This document shows, in pieces, positions 24,429 through 37,983 of a stretch of DNA of 64,000 nt; positions within the stretch are counted from its first letter, which is position 1; every line of letters begins with the position of its first letter. The notes below the pieces were generated by a model that was given only the letters and a program-made list of their open reading frames with translations, did not search any database and was not told the origin of the DNA. The stretch is from contig JASCQW010000163.1 in assembly GCA_030264375.1 (NCBI GenBank), positions 21,323,300 to 21,387,299 on the forward strand. Reading direction: 5' to 3'. This DNA is from Carcharhinus longimanus. Taxonomy: Eukaryota. The position numbers and the translations under genes were made by a program.

Positions 24429-27400
24429 ACAACCTAGGGGCACCACTTCAAGCAGCAATTGTACATTATGTATGCACCATTAGTGGCTGGGGTAACGGCA
24501 GGAGTGTGTCTCTGGAAAAGACAGGTTTTGATGTTTCCCAGCAAGGTTTGCAATGTGATCAGAAAGTTGACTTCATGCAAAAAAAAAATCAAGCTATCTC
24601 AGGGATATAAAATATGGAAACTGTTTACAGATGAAAAGTTCCATGCAAACAAGTGTGAATCATGACCCTCAGCTACCCCTTATCGTTCTGGGCTAAAATG
24701 TACCATTTTTCTTGCAGCTGACTATTCAGGATGACTGACGAAGCTAAATATTAGTTGGTCTATCCTAGAAAATCCTTATTTGTTGCCTTCAAAAACAGGA
24801 AATAAACTTTTGTCAATAAACAATGCGAGCACCTATCAGACACTGCTTAGTGATTTGCTGCTTTAAACCCTTGGTTCCATTTTGTCCTGCACTATTTTCT
24901 GCTCATGATCAGCAAAATCCCTAAACATTCAGTTAATCTAAGACCTCGTCTAAATGGTAAATTCAACTTTCGACATAGAAAATTTAACACTGGAAAAATT
25001 TACATCTGAAAATAGAGTTTTAGAAAATCCCAAAGCACCACATGAAACTGACAGCTGTGAACTACTGTTAATCCTCCAACATAGCACACTGATATGCACG
25101 TACTCCACTTACATTCTAAAACACTGGGCAGAATGTAGTATGCACTGATTGAAGTTACATTATTGGCCAAATGCAAAACTACCTTTCTGCATGCATATTT
25201 TCATAAGAAAACTAAGTAAATTTGTAAAATTTAGTTGAAATGGTGTCTCACAGAAATNNNNNNNNNNNNNNNNNNNNNNNNNNNCTGATTTTGTATAACT
25301 TGAATATACGCACAGCACCTCAAACGGATGCTTCCACATCCAACAGTTATGATTTTAAATTTTTGCCAACGATCATGTTATAAAAGGGAAACTGTTGAAA
25401 TTTGAGTACAAGGATTTCAATATAGTTAACAGAAAAGTACCTAATAGGTAAAAAAACTCAAAACGTCTTTTAACTCAAGATATCATCTGTATCTCAAATC
25501 AATTCACTCTGATGCTCCTGAATGTAGAAATGCATATATAATTAAAATCAGAACATGTAGAAGTGGTACACTGGTGGATACAGCTTCATGCTGCACTTCA
25601 CACAGTTCCAGATCAGAGTATTCAAAGTAAGCAACAAAAGCAATTAAGTACGTTCTTGCACATTCTCCCAGTTTTCCACCCTCACCCAAGGCATAAAAAG
25701 CACTCAATACAGGGCCGACCTTGGCAATTCCTTACAGCTCATCTGAAGGCTGTGGTCATACACACAATTATGCAGTTGCTATTCAACTATCAAGTGCCAA
25801 GCCAAATGTGCAGGGTAGGACACATGACAGGACAAACAAATCCATTCAAAAAATAATTATATTCAAGAGACAACTGGCTGCTTGGAAGAGGGTGTTAGTC
25901 CATTCTTAGCACATTCACTAGAAGGTAACGTGTCAAACGTTGAAAACATATGCTAAAAAATAATGAAACGCTAAAGTAAACCATGCTGACAAAATTAATT
26001 AGGCTAATGTTGTGTAAGGTTCAGAAACGTAAACTTTTTATTGCCAGGTCATTTGGCAATACTGCTGTAAAAATGAGACAAATGCAATGCAAAGAAAGAT
26101 ATGCTATTACTTTAGCTAAACTTCCGGGCTCCCCAGTTAAACAAGTCGAGGATATATGAATAATTTAACAGAAAAAATGGCAACTAAATTAGGGTTTTAA
26201 AGGCGGTCTTTCCATTCATTTCATACAAAGACAATAATTTTAGTGGATTAGGAGGATCGCGGAAAAAAACTGACCAATACAAAGGGGCATCTGTGGAAGT
26301 TTAACAAAAATTACTCATGTATCACACTCCACTATGTTCTCTCCTTGGTAGAGAGAGATGGCAAGGAGAAGACAGGATTATACAAGGAAACTTGCAGTCC
26401 TTCTTCAATTTAGGATGTAACCAAATCTAGATCTTACATTTACTGTGAATGCATGGTCTCTTTTGTCATTAAGACATTTGGTATCGTTATTTGACTTTCA
26501 GCTTAAGGAATATCTGTGGATAGAAGAAAAAGCAATTGTAAGCACATTCTGGCCTCAGGCAAGGAATGAAAACCTGAGGCATACAAGCTCATGAAAGTCT
26601 ACAGTAAGTTTTGTTTCTTTAAAAAAAGATGTTCAATTGTAACCTGGTTAACTCATGGCAACATGATCACAGCTGGTGCCATCTTAAAAAAAGTAACTTC
26701 CCATCTAACCTGAGGACCAGATTTCTTCAGTATACAGTACTGGAAAATGGTTTAAGTCAACACACTTGCGTTTGTGTAATAGTCTGATTTCATCAAATCA
26801 TTACCAACACACAAGTGTCATGTAGCATAAAACATGTTTTCCACTGCTGACTGCAGGCAACATTGCTGTTAATGTGATACATTTGGTAAATGATAAATTT
26901 TATCTTTGATTAATTTATTTTTGAAATCTCAGTTCTTAAAAGGATGAAGACACAAGATTTCAGTTCAAAACAAATTTTACAATACACTAAATTATATCCA
27001 AGCTAAACTCTTAACAACCAGAGGTCCCTTTGAATTAGCAAGCAATTTGTGGTTAAAAATGTAAATGATCAGTGTGTACATTAAATGACAGATAAAGAGT
27101 CAAGTCAGCAGTCCACTCTGATCACGGAGTCACAAAACTCTTTGATTATGGAGAGAGGATAATATTTTTCATAACGGAGCTCATGTAATCCCTAACTTGC
27201 TCTATAGTCACAATTTTCACCATAACTGGCACAGATCTGCACAGCCAACTAACTTGTCTGGGATGGGGAGTCAATTCACCAGTGTTAGCTTCCAGCACCA
27301 GAAAAGGCTGTTGTAACGTGTCAACTTCTTAACCAAGGCACAGCCTTCTCCACCAGTGGGCTCAACTTCAAGACAGGATCCCTCACGTGTACAGCAATTT

Positions 27401-27429
27401 ATGTCTCATTTTGAGACTAACATCCAAAC

Positions 27430-28990
27430 ATACTGTTTAAACCAAGTTAAAATACTAACATCCTGGGGGTTACCACTGATCAAAAAGTGAACTGAACAAG
27501 ACATGCAAATATTATGGCTACTAAAGTAGACACGGTAAGAAGTCTCACAACACCAGGTTAAAGTCCAACAGGTTTATTTGGTAGCACAAACCACTAACTT
27601 TCGGAACACTGCTCCTTCGTCAGCTAAGTGGGAGTTCTGTTCACAAATAGGGCATATAAAGACACAAACTCAAAATTTACAAAATAATAGTTGGAATGTG
27701 AGTCTTCAGAGGGAATCATGTCTTAAAAAGGTACAGACAATATNNNNNNNNNNNNNNNNNNNNNNNNNNNNNNNNNNNNNNNNNNNNNNNNNNNNNNNNN
27801 NNNNNNNNNNNNNNNNNNNNNNNNNNNNNNNNNNNNNNNNNNNNNNNNNNNNNNNNNNNNNNNNNNNNNNNNNNNNNNNNNNNNNNNNNNNNNNNNNNNN
27901 NNNNNNNNNNNNNNNNNNNNNNNNNNNNNNNNNNNNNNNNNNNNNNNNNNNNNNNNNNNNNNNNNNNNNNNNNNNNNNNNNNNNNNNNNNNNNNNNNNNN
28001 NNNNNNNNNNNNNNNNNNNNNNNNNNNNNNNNNNNNNNNNNNNNNNNNNNNNNNNNNNNNNNNNNNNNNNNNNNNNNNNNNNNNNNNNNNNNNNNNNNNN
28101 NNNNNNNNNNNNNCAGGACAATGAGAGTTTGCAGCCCCAGGCAAATCTTGGGCATCACACATCGTGTGACATGAACCCAAGATTCCGGTTGAGGCCGTCC
28201 TCACGTGTGTGGAACTTGGCTATCAGTCTCTGCTTAGCGACTTTGCGTTGTCGTGTGTCATGAAGGCCGCCTTGGAGAATGCTGATCTTCAGTTAAGAAG
28301 CCAAATGCCCGTGACAGCTGAATTGTTCCCCAACAGGAAGAAAACAGTCTTGCTAGTGATTGTCGAGCGGTGTTCATTCATCCGTTGTCAGAGCGTCTGC
28401 ATGGTCGCCACAGTATCCCACAATGTAACTATACGCTACAATGTACTAACGTAGAACCAAGGATGAGAATTCTGCAGGAATAACTCTCAAAGCCTGACCT
28501 GCAAGGTACATGTCAGCAGGGTGACGAAATACTCTCCACTTCCCTGGATGAGCACAACTCCGACCAAGAAGCTTAACACCCAGGGCAAAGCAGCCCACTT
28601 GATTGACTGGGGTGCCAATCTCTCTACCACCAATGCACAGGGGCAGCCATCTGCATCAAAAACCAAAATGCATTGCAGCAACTTACCAAGGTTCCTTCAA
28701 CAGCACCTTCCAAACCCGTGACTATTACCACCTCAGACAAAGGCAGCACATGTATTGGATCATCACCTGCAAGTTGCCCTCCAAGCTACACACCAAGCTG
28801 ACTTGGAACCATATCATTCCTTCACTATTGCTGGATCAAAATCCTGAAACACACTTGCTAACAGCAGTGTACCTACACCACACTGATTCCAGCTGTTCAA
28901 GAATGCAGCTCACTAGCACTTTTTCAAGGTATGTGGGGATAAGCAATAAATGTGGCCCAGCCACTGATACCCATAGCCTATGAACAAAAA
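27430..28990 (+). mobile_element. CR1/L2-group LINE 3' portion split by a Penelope insertion
   Basis: NILGVT.DQK.N before 27534, resuming after ~28450 with KYSPLPWMSTTPT.KKLNTQGKAAHLI and the 3' tail. Confidence 0.75.
27535..28410 (-). mobile_element. Penelope-like element: GIY-YIG endonuclease C-terminus plus terminal repeat (family A), spanning a gap
   Basis: Minus 28410-28160 gives TMQTL*QRMNEHRSTIT...LPVGEQFSCHGH...ISILQGGLHDTRQRKVAKQRLIAKFHTREDGLNRNLGFMSH. The terminal repeat at 27535-27743 has a degenerate hammerhead CUGACGA-A-GGAGC-AGU-GUUCC-GAAA at 27596-27623. Confidence 0.9.
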
Positions 28991-29527
28991 GCAANNNTAA
29001 CCTAATTATGGCCAGATCAAGTACCCTTAGACCAATTCTCCAGACAGATAGTCAGGTTTCTGTAACATACATGTCCTATTGATTCTTGCAGATGTTTAAA
29101 TCCTGATAGCTTTGTTTCAGACCATACAACTGCTGTTGAATTTGGTACAATTTGTCAAGAACGAACAAACATTGTACCAATGGTGGGAATATGCAAAGCA
29201 GAGTGGAATTGGGATTAACAGTGGAAGGAAAGGAGGAAGAGGTAGAATTGACTAACGGTGAGAGAGAGGAGAAAGAAATACTGCAGAAATGAGAAATTAG
29301 GTACATTTGTAACTTCTTGCCATGGTTGCTTATCCAGTTAAAACCAAACCATCCAGAAACTGGTATAATTTATACATTTACAAGTGGCTGAATTATGGTA
29401 CTGGCAAAACAAATTAAGTGATTATTCAACTCTGCCTTTTGGAACGGTTTGGAGCAGAAGGGATAAAAATGTGGTGGCAGTCAATTTATGGTTTGAAAAC
29501 ATTGAGAAAAAACACTAAATAACTGAG

Positions 29528-29652
29528 ATAAAAGCAAAATACTGTGGATGCTGGAATCTGAAACAAAAACAGAAAATCTCAGCAGGTCTGACAAGATCTG
29601 TGGGGAGAGAATAGAGCAAATGTTGAGTTCAGATGACCCTGCGTCACAGCTG
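29528..29652 (-). mobile_element. Penelope terminal repeat (family B) fragment
   Basis: AAAAGCAAAATACTGTGGATGCTGGAATCTGAAACAAAAACAG...CTCAGCAGGTCTGACA is the reverse complement of 61340-61435. Confidence 0.8.
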
Positions 29653-30679
29653 GACAAAGGGTTGGCAAATTAGATCTCATGCCAAAGCAAGGTTATTTTA
29701 CTTCATGCCAGGAAGCATAGTAAATATCAGGCTACCAGTCCAATAACCAAAATTACCAATACTTGTAACAGTTATAAACAAATCATTTCGATATCCAATT
29801 GTACTTCCAACTAATGAACAAACCGGCGGTTTTGATTCCATTAACATTGGAAAAAGGTAGAGTTCACAATATTTTGCTGTTTGAAGAAATAACATGCCAA
29901 ACATCAAAACATGCTTAGCTAAAGTTAAAATTTGACGAATTGTCTGGATAAGTGGCAACAGAAAGACATATTCTAACTTGCTTTTCACATCGTTTAATTT
30001 CTTTACTCATATTGGTAATGCTTTTAGCCTCAAAATTTCATCATCAACAGGTCATTTCTTTGTAATAGTTTGTCGGTCAAAAGAATGGTCCACCACTGTC
30101 AACTTCATGCAGATTTGCGTTCTTACGTTAATGGTACATTCAAACAAATTTAATATCCATGCTTATTTCAAAACTATTAAACTCATCCTTGGAACAAGTT
30201 ATTTTAGCTTCAATAAACATTGTCTACAGTTTCAGAGTCCTAATTTTACATCTAATATCTCCTAGACAACAGAGAAGCCGTAGCCACAAAACTCTTTACA
30301 AGCCAAAATTACTTGTGGGTGAAACCCTAAGATAGAATAGCTCCAAATTTGGAAAAACCTGCTAAGAATACTGAGTTAAACATTTTATTCTCCAAGACAC
30401 CTATTGCTGCAAATTCAATTCAGGAACATTTGATTTAATACAACATCATATAACCACTGAGTCTCATTTTGCTCACTACAAACAACACGTTGAAGTAAAA
30501 CTTTGCTTCTGCAGCTCCATTGCCTTTAATTTATCAGCTACTGAATTTTAAATGCTTTACCATCTTCAATTTAAAATATTTCTGGATGCAGGAGAAAAGA
30601 ATCTTCATAGTTCACAATCATTTCTTACAACTGCATAATGTTTCGTTGAATCCAAACAACAAGTCCGGGGAATATAAGG

Positions 30680-31640
30680 AACAGGAATCATTGAACCAGA
30701 CTCTCAAGTCTGCTCTCTCAGTGATCATGGTTAATCTGTGGCTTCACTTCATTTTCCTACCCAGTCTCCATTATCCTTTGCAGGACACCAAAAATAACAA
30801 TCTCAAACCTGAATAGAAGGAATCGCAGTCAAGAATTCTGAAGATTTGCAACTCTATGAAGAAACATCTTGATTTCAGTCCTAAATTATCGACCCTTCAA
30901 CCTGAATTTGTGCCCCCCAGGTTTGAGGGTGCACAGCCAGGGGCCACAACCTCTCCACGTTTATCCTTGTCAAGCCCCTTCAGAACTTTGTATGTTTCAA
31001 TGAGATTACCCCTTATTCTTCTAAACCAAGGAATATAGACTAATTTATTCAACCTATCCTCTCGTCCCAGCATCCAAACTCGTAAATCTTTGCTCTACTG
31101 CCACCAAGTATATCTTTCCTTAAAGATGACCGAAACTGCACACACCAGTCGTGACATGACTGAAGCTTCATATAATGGTAGCAGCTGCGTTTCTTATGAC
31201 TATACACCCAAACCTCTGTAGACATGAGCATATTAGAAATTTCACCCTTCTGTTATAAATATACTTTTCTATTCTAACAAACTGCCTAACCTCATACTTA
31301 CCCACATAATCGTTCATTTTCCATATTGCTGTCCACTCATTTAACGTGTCTGTATCTGTTTGTGGTCTCTGCACTCAGTTTATGTATACCACCAAATTTG
31401 TGCCATCAAACTGAGGATGCATTAGTCTCAATCTCTTCATTGTGAACTGAAGCTCTAGCACTGATCCATAAAGCACACACTGCAGCCTACCAATTTGAAA
31501 TAACCCCATTTATCCCAAGTGTCTGCCTTCTGTCCATTAAACAATCCTTCAGCCACGATTTTACCTCCAACTCCATGAGACCTCATCTTGAATATAAAAT
31601 TTTTCAATGCCTTTTGAAAATCCAAGTATATTCAATCTAC
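30680..31640 (-). mobile_element. Decayed CR1 LINE 3' portion with internal deletions
   Basis: CR1 tail at ~30680-30740 and remnants CVQF.S..LRKDI and DTDTLNEW..IWKM. Confidence 0.7.
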
Positions 31641-31661
31641 TGGCTCCTCCTTATTAATCTG

Positions 31662-31802
31662 AAGGCAAAATACTGCTTCTGCTAGAATCTGAAACAAAGG
31701 CCAGTTCTATCGAAGGGTCATCCTGACTCATAACATTGGCTCTATTCTCTGTCCAAAATGCTACCAGACCTGGTGAGTTTTCCTAGCATTTCTGTTTTTT
31801 GC
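31662..31802. mobile_element. Penelope family-B terminal repeats in inverted arrangement
   Basis: A short minus-orientation end (GCAAAATACTGC..CTGCTAGAATCTGAAACAAA) is followed by a plus-orientation repeat with decayed hammerhead (CGAAGGGTCA-TCC-TGACTC). Confidence 0.65.
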
Positions 31803-32339
31803 CCTTTTACCTATTGATTGGTGACATTCTCAAAACCCACATCAATCCCAAAAGGCCTGCATGTTATTTAACCTGCCAGCAGTCTGGGCAAATGAAGCAC
31901 TCGTGATGCATTTTTTGTGCTCAAAAGGGTAAAGTAAATTTCAAGTCATGGCGATTTGGTGAATTGAAATTACTCTCAATAATTTCACTGATCCTACTCA
32001 GTGCAAGAGCCAGAGGGTCCATGATCACTTGGGATGGAATTGATCCCAAAAAGTTTGAAAGGCCAGCTGTATTACTCAATTCACAATACAGAAGATGATG
32101 CATTATATTTACGGTGAGGAACCAATATGGAATACACAAAAGGTACATTTTTACTTGGTTGCAAATATACCTTGTGTAGCATGAAATCTGCAGTCTACTT
32201 GTATTCAGAACAAAACATGACGTACTTCCAGCCAACCACAGAAATACGACTTAGCACTGGCATTGCCCAGAATCAGCTACAATAAGCATCTCTGACATGT
32301 GCCAGTTGTTTCTTCAACTGCATCTGTGTTCCAACATCT

Positions 32340-33005
32340 TGACTATTATTTGATTTTTTAATCACATGTATTAGCATACTGTGAAAAGTAGTTTCTTGCG
32401 CACTACACAGATAAAGCATACCATTCATACTAAAGGAGACAAGAGAGTGTGCAGAATGCAGTGTTACAATCATAGCCAGGGTGAAGAGAAAGATCGTCTT
32501 AATGCAAGGCAAGTCCATTCAGGAGTCTGATAGCAGCAGGGAAGAAAATGTTTTTGAGTTGCTTAGTACATAACCTCAGACTTGTGTATCTTTTTCCCAA
32601 AGGACGAAGGTGGAAGAGAGAATGTCCGGGGTGTGGGGGTCCTTAATTATGTTGACTGTTTTGCCGAAACAGCAAGAAGTCTAAACAGAGTCAGTGGATG
32701 GGAGGCTGGTTTACATGATGAATTGGGCTACATTCACTATCTTTTGTAGTTTCTTGCAGCGTTGGGCAGAGCAGGAGCCACACCAAGCTGTGATACAACC
32801 AGAAAGAATGCTTTCTGTGGTGCATCTGTACAAGTTGGAGAGAGAGTCATAGCTCATTGCCAAACTTCCTTAGTCTTCTGAGAAAGTAGAGGTGATGGTG
32901 GGCTTTCTTAACTATAGTATCAACATGGGGGAACCAGGACAGGTTGTTGCTGATCTGGATACCTACAAACTTAAAGCTCTCGATCCTTTCTACTTCATCC
33001 CTTGT
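32340..33005 (-). mobile_element. Rex/Babar LINE 3' portion
   Basis: Minus translation gives VERIESFKFVGIQISNNLSW.PHVDTIVKKAH.HLYFLRRLRKFG...YRCT.ESILSGCITAW...NIIKDP.HPGHSLF.L.P.GKRY...FFPAAIRLLN. Confidence 0.9.
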
Positions 33006-35289
33006 GCTTGCTGATCAGAGTTGGGAGTTGTCTATGAAAAAGAACTAACTGCATTGATACAGCCAACATTTTTTGCATGCTATCTCAAATCACTTTGAAG
33101 GCCCTTGTAGACTTGATTATAACTGAGTACCTCTGCCACAGTTAACTACAGTTTTCTAAGGTTACTGAGAAAAATCAAACATGTTAAATTCGAACAACTG
33201 TTTCCCTGGGAGCGTGTTTGCTGATACTTAGGAATACAGGAGAAAAAACAAAGCTAACTCAAGTTTTATTTTGCTTTTCAGACCTGGTAATTTGGCCAAC
33301 AATTCACACTGCAGACAGCATGTGGACCACCTCTATCCAACAGAGTTTGACTGCTAAAATTAGTGCCAGAATGCAGCCATTTACTATCCACTGAATGCCG
33401 AGGTAGAAGTTACAAACTGGAAGGCACTCAGCGGCAGAAGTGCTGCCTGAGTGCTAGTACTTTGCTCAACAGCCTCATTGTAAGGCTGGACAAAATACCA
33501 CTCCCCAACCATGATAATTAGATCCAGAAAACCACAATTCACACTCGCACTCCACCACCCTCTCCCTGGGCAAGGGCCTTACTCCTAATTAATTGTACAA
33601 TATTATTGTCTGCAAAATGTGTAAAACCACAAGTTTGTTAACAAACTTTGAAAATTTAGGTACTAGAATCAGACCATCACAAATCAGTGCAACAGTTGAT
33701 TTTCACAAAAAGCTTTCATGTTCAAATGTCTCAGTTTTATACCAACAGTAACAGAATTTGTCCACAATAGGAACATGATACATTACTTCATTTGCAGCCA
33801 ACTGATCTCAGATTATTTTATTGAGAGAATCTCTGAAAATGAATCACAACCCATAACAAAGTTATTCTAGTTTATTCATTTTTAAGTTAATATAATTCAG
33901 AGAATATTTAGACAGATGCAAAAACATCAGTTCCTATTAAAAGTTCCTACATGTTGTCTTTCATCTTTTACTAAAACATAATTCCACCCACAGAAGCCTC
34001 CTACCACATCTTGACCAAATAAACATTCCCTATATCAAAGAACAGACACTATGGTCAGCAGTCAGTGACTCTTGCAACCCAGGACAAGCGAAGGCTCAGC
34101 TGACATCAGCGCACATTCAATTTTCCACGGGGTTCAACCTCACACGTTCATGACATCCTGACTTAGGTACACCATGTTCACACATCTTCAACTGCCATAA
34201 GCTGCCTCAAATTCCTGCAAAAAAGAATGTGCAATGGTACGAGAATGAACATAACTTTCGGACATGCTCCTTTGAAGAAAATCAAACTGGTTGAACAGAA
34301 AATTGAGACAAAAGATATTTAATGATCCAAATAAATTGTTGGCTGTCACTCTACCATTAATAGAGAAGAGATCTTCATGGGTTGGGCTGAATGGCTCAGG
34401 CAACTTCTTGATGCATAAACTTATCTGTCTAATGCAACAGGCATTAGACAGATAAGTCAACTTTTGGTGCTCAATTCTTGAAAAGGTCATTAATAGAAGT
34501 TAAACACAATGAAGCTCATCACCCTGAAAACACAAAATGAGTTTTATGTGCATTCTCACACAGAACAAGAAAATGACTGATAAGAAAGCTTACACTCAGA
34601 GATGGAGTGGTGGGATTGTGGTTAGTGCACATAATGGACAATTATTCTGCATAAGGTTTGTCACTCCTAGCCAAAGTTCCAAACACATTTTGTCCACTCA
34701 CCACACTGAACATCCCTACTGTTAAGTGCAAATATTTGTTACAATTGTTACTGGTCACATTACACACATCTTAGAATCAATCATGCAAAATAAGTGACTC
34801 ATCATTTTTCCCGGGTCCAAAGAATGAAATGCTTTTCTTGCTAAATTTCATAATTTTGCCATGACAGGCTTGCTAGTTGTATACTAGGACATCAAACAAG
34901 ACTAATCTATTATACGATTCTTGAAATTTGTTACCGTCCATGCAATACATTAACCATAAGCAGGTTTATGTTCAAATACAATGTTTGCAGGACAGAGTTC
35001 ATGCAAGATGAAGTTTAAATTCCACTCATGATTCAGCCAATATTGTTGGAATTACAACAGTATACAATAACTATTAATCCGTGTTTGTTAATGGGTTCAA
35101 TAAGAAATGGTCTATGGATATTCATTTTTGATTTCTGTTGAGACGCATATGGGTTTTAACGTTCACTGTTCTTTTTTAAGCAATAAAAGACTGTACATTT
35201 AGCAACTCTAACAGGACACACCGACACCAGATGCAATACCAACCCACAATCACAGCAAGAGGAAAAATAAGAACACATATCAACACTGA

Positions 35290-35830
35290 CTGTCACAGAG
35301 TCAGATGACCATGGGTTAAAGCCATACCCCATGCATTTGGTAGGCTTACAACACTGCAAATGAATGATGGGGTGCAATCTTGTTGGAATTGCCATCCTCT
35401 CAGATGAAACCAGAAACTGCTGCCCCTTCTGTTCAATGCAAAAGTTTCCATTTATGGGTGAAGCATGTCAGGGCACAGTTTGTTAAGGCAGTATGCAAGC
35501 ATTCATTCAACTTGAATACAGATCTTCAAATAAGATTTTGCTACACTTGAAGAACTGAAGTGATTTGAGCAGTACTGAGTGCTCCTCAGTCAGTTATGAA
35601 ACCAAGGTGGGATCCACTGATGGACACGAGAGAGAGAAATCGATCTCTGGCATTGTTGAAGCAGGGGTGTTCGCCCAATATTTTGGTCTACACGTCACCC
35701 AAAATCATCATAACCGAAAACATCAGATTTTCATTCATTTGGTGCTTAGGGGATCTTGCTGCCCAAAATAAAAAAAACTTATGTAACAACAGCACTTGGA
35801 AAATATGTCACTGATTGTCTTGAACACTGC
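35290..35830 (+). mobile_element. Decayed DeuSINE/SacSINE1-like fragments
   Basis: GAGTCAGA.GACC.TGGGTT head, CAGTACTGAG, GGCA.T.TTGAAG.AGGGGTGTTC and GGGATCTTGCTG...CAACAG motifs. Confidence 0.5.
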
Positions 35831-36584
35831 CACCTCCCAAGGACAGGATATGATCCATGGCTTATCAAATGTTTTGAGGATATCAGGTATTGGATAAATA
35901 CAAAAAGTGCATTTGCAATTTTTTTATATTCCAAGTAGCTAGTTAGTTTGCAACTGAGTTACAATCATGCATATTCAGGGAAAAAAAAATCAGATCCAAT
36001 GGAAACAGTACATAGCAGCACTGCCTTTATAATGAGGACAATTAAAACAGAAGCCTTGTATTTACAGGGGGAAAAAGAAAATCAGGCTTTACTAAGTGTT
36101 GTTTGAATTGCAAAACATCTGAAATTATACACAATATTTGTTACATTAAGAAAACATAACACTGCCTTTATAAAAAGGATAAAAAGTTTTTGGAAAACAA
36201 ACTGGTTAAGTTGAACAACCCAACACCAGACATGAAATATTTCTGGTCCCTGACTAACATCTCTTCAGCAATCTCTTTCCATAAACGGCCACAGGAAATT
36301 AAAATATTTACCCTTTAAGGCATCAGAGTTTGAAATTAAACTAATATTGGTTTTACAAAGCAAGGGTATTTTCCATCCAGTTAGCTATGTATTCAGCACC
36401 AAAATTCATCAGCAAGGGATTAACACACATATACTAGCTCAAACAAACAGGTTAAAGCAGGAAACAGCTATTAGCACTGTATTGCAAATTCAAAGAAAGA
36501 CTGGAGAGATTAACAGAGAAACAGAGTTGGAGGGCATCTTCATCACCAGATATTACATCGAAATGCCAGTACCTTTATTTTCTC

Positions 36585-36869
36585 TTTGCTCACAGGATGT
36601 GGACATCACAGCATTGATCATCACTCTCAAGGCATTTAAGAGTCATCCACATTGCTGCAAATCTGGGGTCACATGTGGGTCAGGTCAGGTAAGGACAAAA
36701 CATTTCCTTCCCTAAGAGCATGAGTGAACTAGATGGGTTTTTTATGACAATTGACAATGATTTCTTGGTCATTAGACTTGTAATTCCAGATTATTGATTC
36801 CAAATTGGTCCCCAGAGCGTCACCCTGGGTCTCTGGATTACTAGTCTAGCAGAATACCACTACCTCCCG
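36585..36869 (-). mobile_element. tRNA-derived SINE (same family as 20328)
   Basis: Collinear with 20328-20682 (GGCATTTAAGAG.CA.CCACATTG, TTTCCTTCCCT, GATGGGTTTTT, TTAATTCCAGATT). Confidence 0.8.
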
Positions 36870-37983
36870 CTAATGCTTAAATTCAAGCACACTAATCCAG
36901 AATTGAAAACTTTTCTTTTGGTTTCACACCTTTCCCAAATGTTTTCCTCCCCTTAACAGGTCACAGCACTAAAACTGTACCTCAATGCATGGAATTCCAG
37001 ACAGTTGGCGACATTAGATGGCACTGAGGTTTAATGGAAGGATACAATCATTAATTCACTGGACACAACTGTCCCAAATTTTTTCCTCACCCAGGAGCTC
37101 AGAAATAAATTCTGCCAATGTTCCAACTGATATTAACCAAGTCGGAGCAGACTGGAGATCTAACTTCTAACATCCTTGGTCTGTGTGGCTTCTACCACAT
37201 TCACCCACTAAGGCAATGTACAAGAAATTAGCAAAGTGAAACGCCCAAATGCACACTGCAGCTATTTGTGTGCAAGAACATAAAATGCAGAATGTACACA
37301 CAAACGGGTCATGACCATTATTGCTCCAAGAGCCTCCTCTCACATGACTTCATGTAACCCAGCCAGCATATTCTCCTATTCCTTTCAGCCTGTCTACTTT
37401 GGGCTTCCTCTCTATGCCACTTGCCTCGAACTACTCAACATGGTAGCAAGGTACAATTGAAATATTTCTTACAACAGAGAACATTATGTGTATCAACAAG
37501 GTTTAAAACCAATAGGGAATCAAAAATTTGCCTAGATACATGAAGATCAACTAGTACAAATGAGACCCAAGTCACCAAATTGTTGAAATCACTATTACAA
37601 ACTCAAATTTTGAAAATAAAATTAAATGTTTTCAAAGCCAGACAAAAATAGCCCATAAACGTCCCACAAGTCATGAGATGGGTATATATGGTAAAATAAA
37701 ATCAAGTTGAGCAATTTGTCATGCCCAAAGGCAAATTAAAGCAGAAATATTNNNNNNNNNNNNNNNNNNNNNNNNNNNNNNNNNNNNNNNNNNNNNNNNN
37801 NNNNNNNNNNNNNNNNNNNNNNNNNNNNNNNNNNNNNNNNNNNNNNNNNNNNNNNNNNNNNNNNNNNNNNNNNNNNNNNNNNNNNNNNNNNNNNNNNNNN
37901 NNNNNNNNNNNNNNNNNNNNNNNNNNNNNNNNNNNNNNNNNNNNNNNNNNNNNNNNNNNNNNNNNNNNNNNNNNNNNNNNNNN

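Noticed and set aside
27578-28204. Long ORFs across N runs (also 37702-38218, 52587-52953, 54212-54559)
   Set aside because: Artefacts of translating through gaps.
29142-29180. Inverted repeat TTGGTACAAT...ATTGTACCAA
   Set aside because: 10-bp arms with a 19-nt spacer are within chance expectation for this window size.
34188-34490. 100-aa minus-strand ORF
   Set aside because: No recognisable domain or splice context, and the length is within random expectation.
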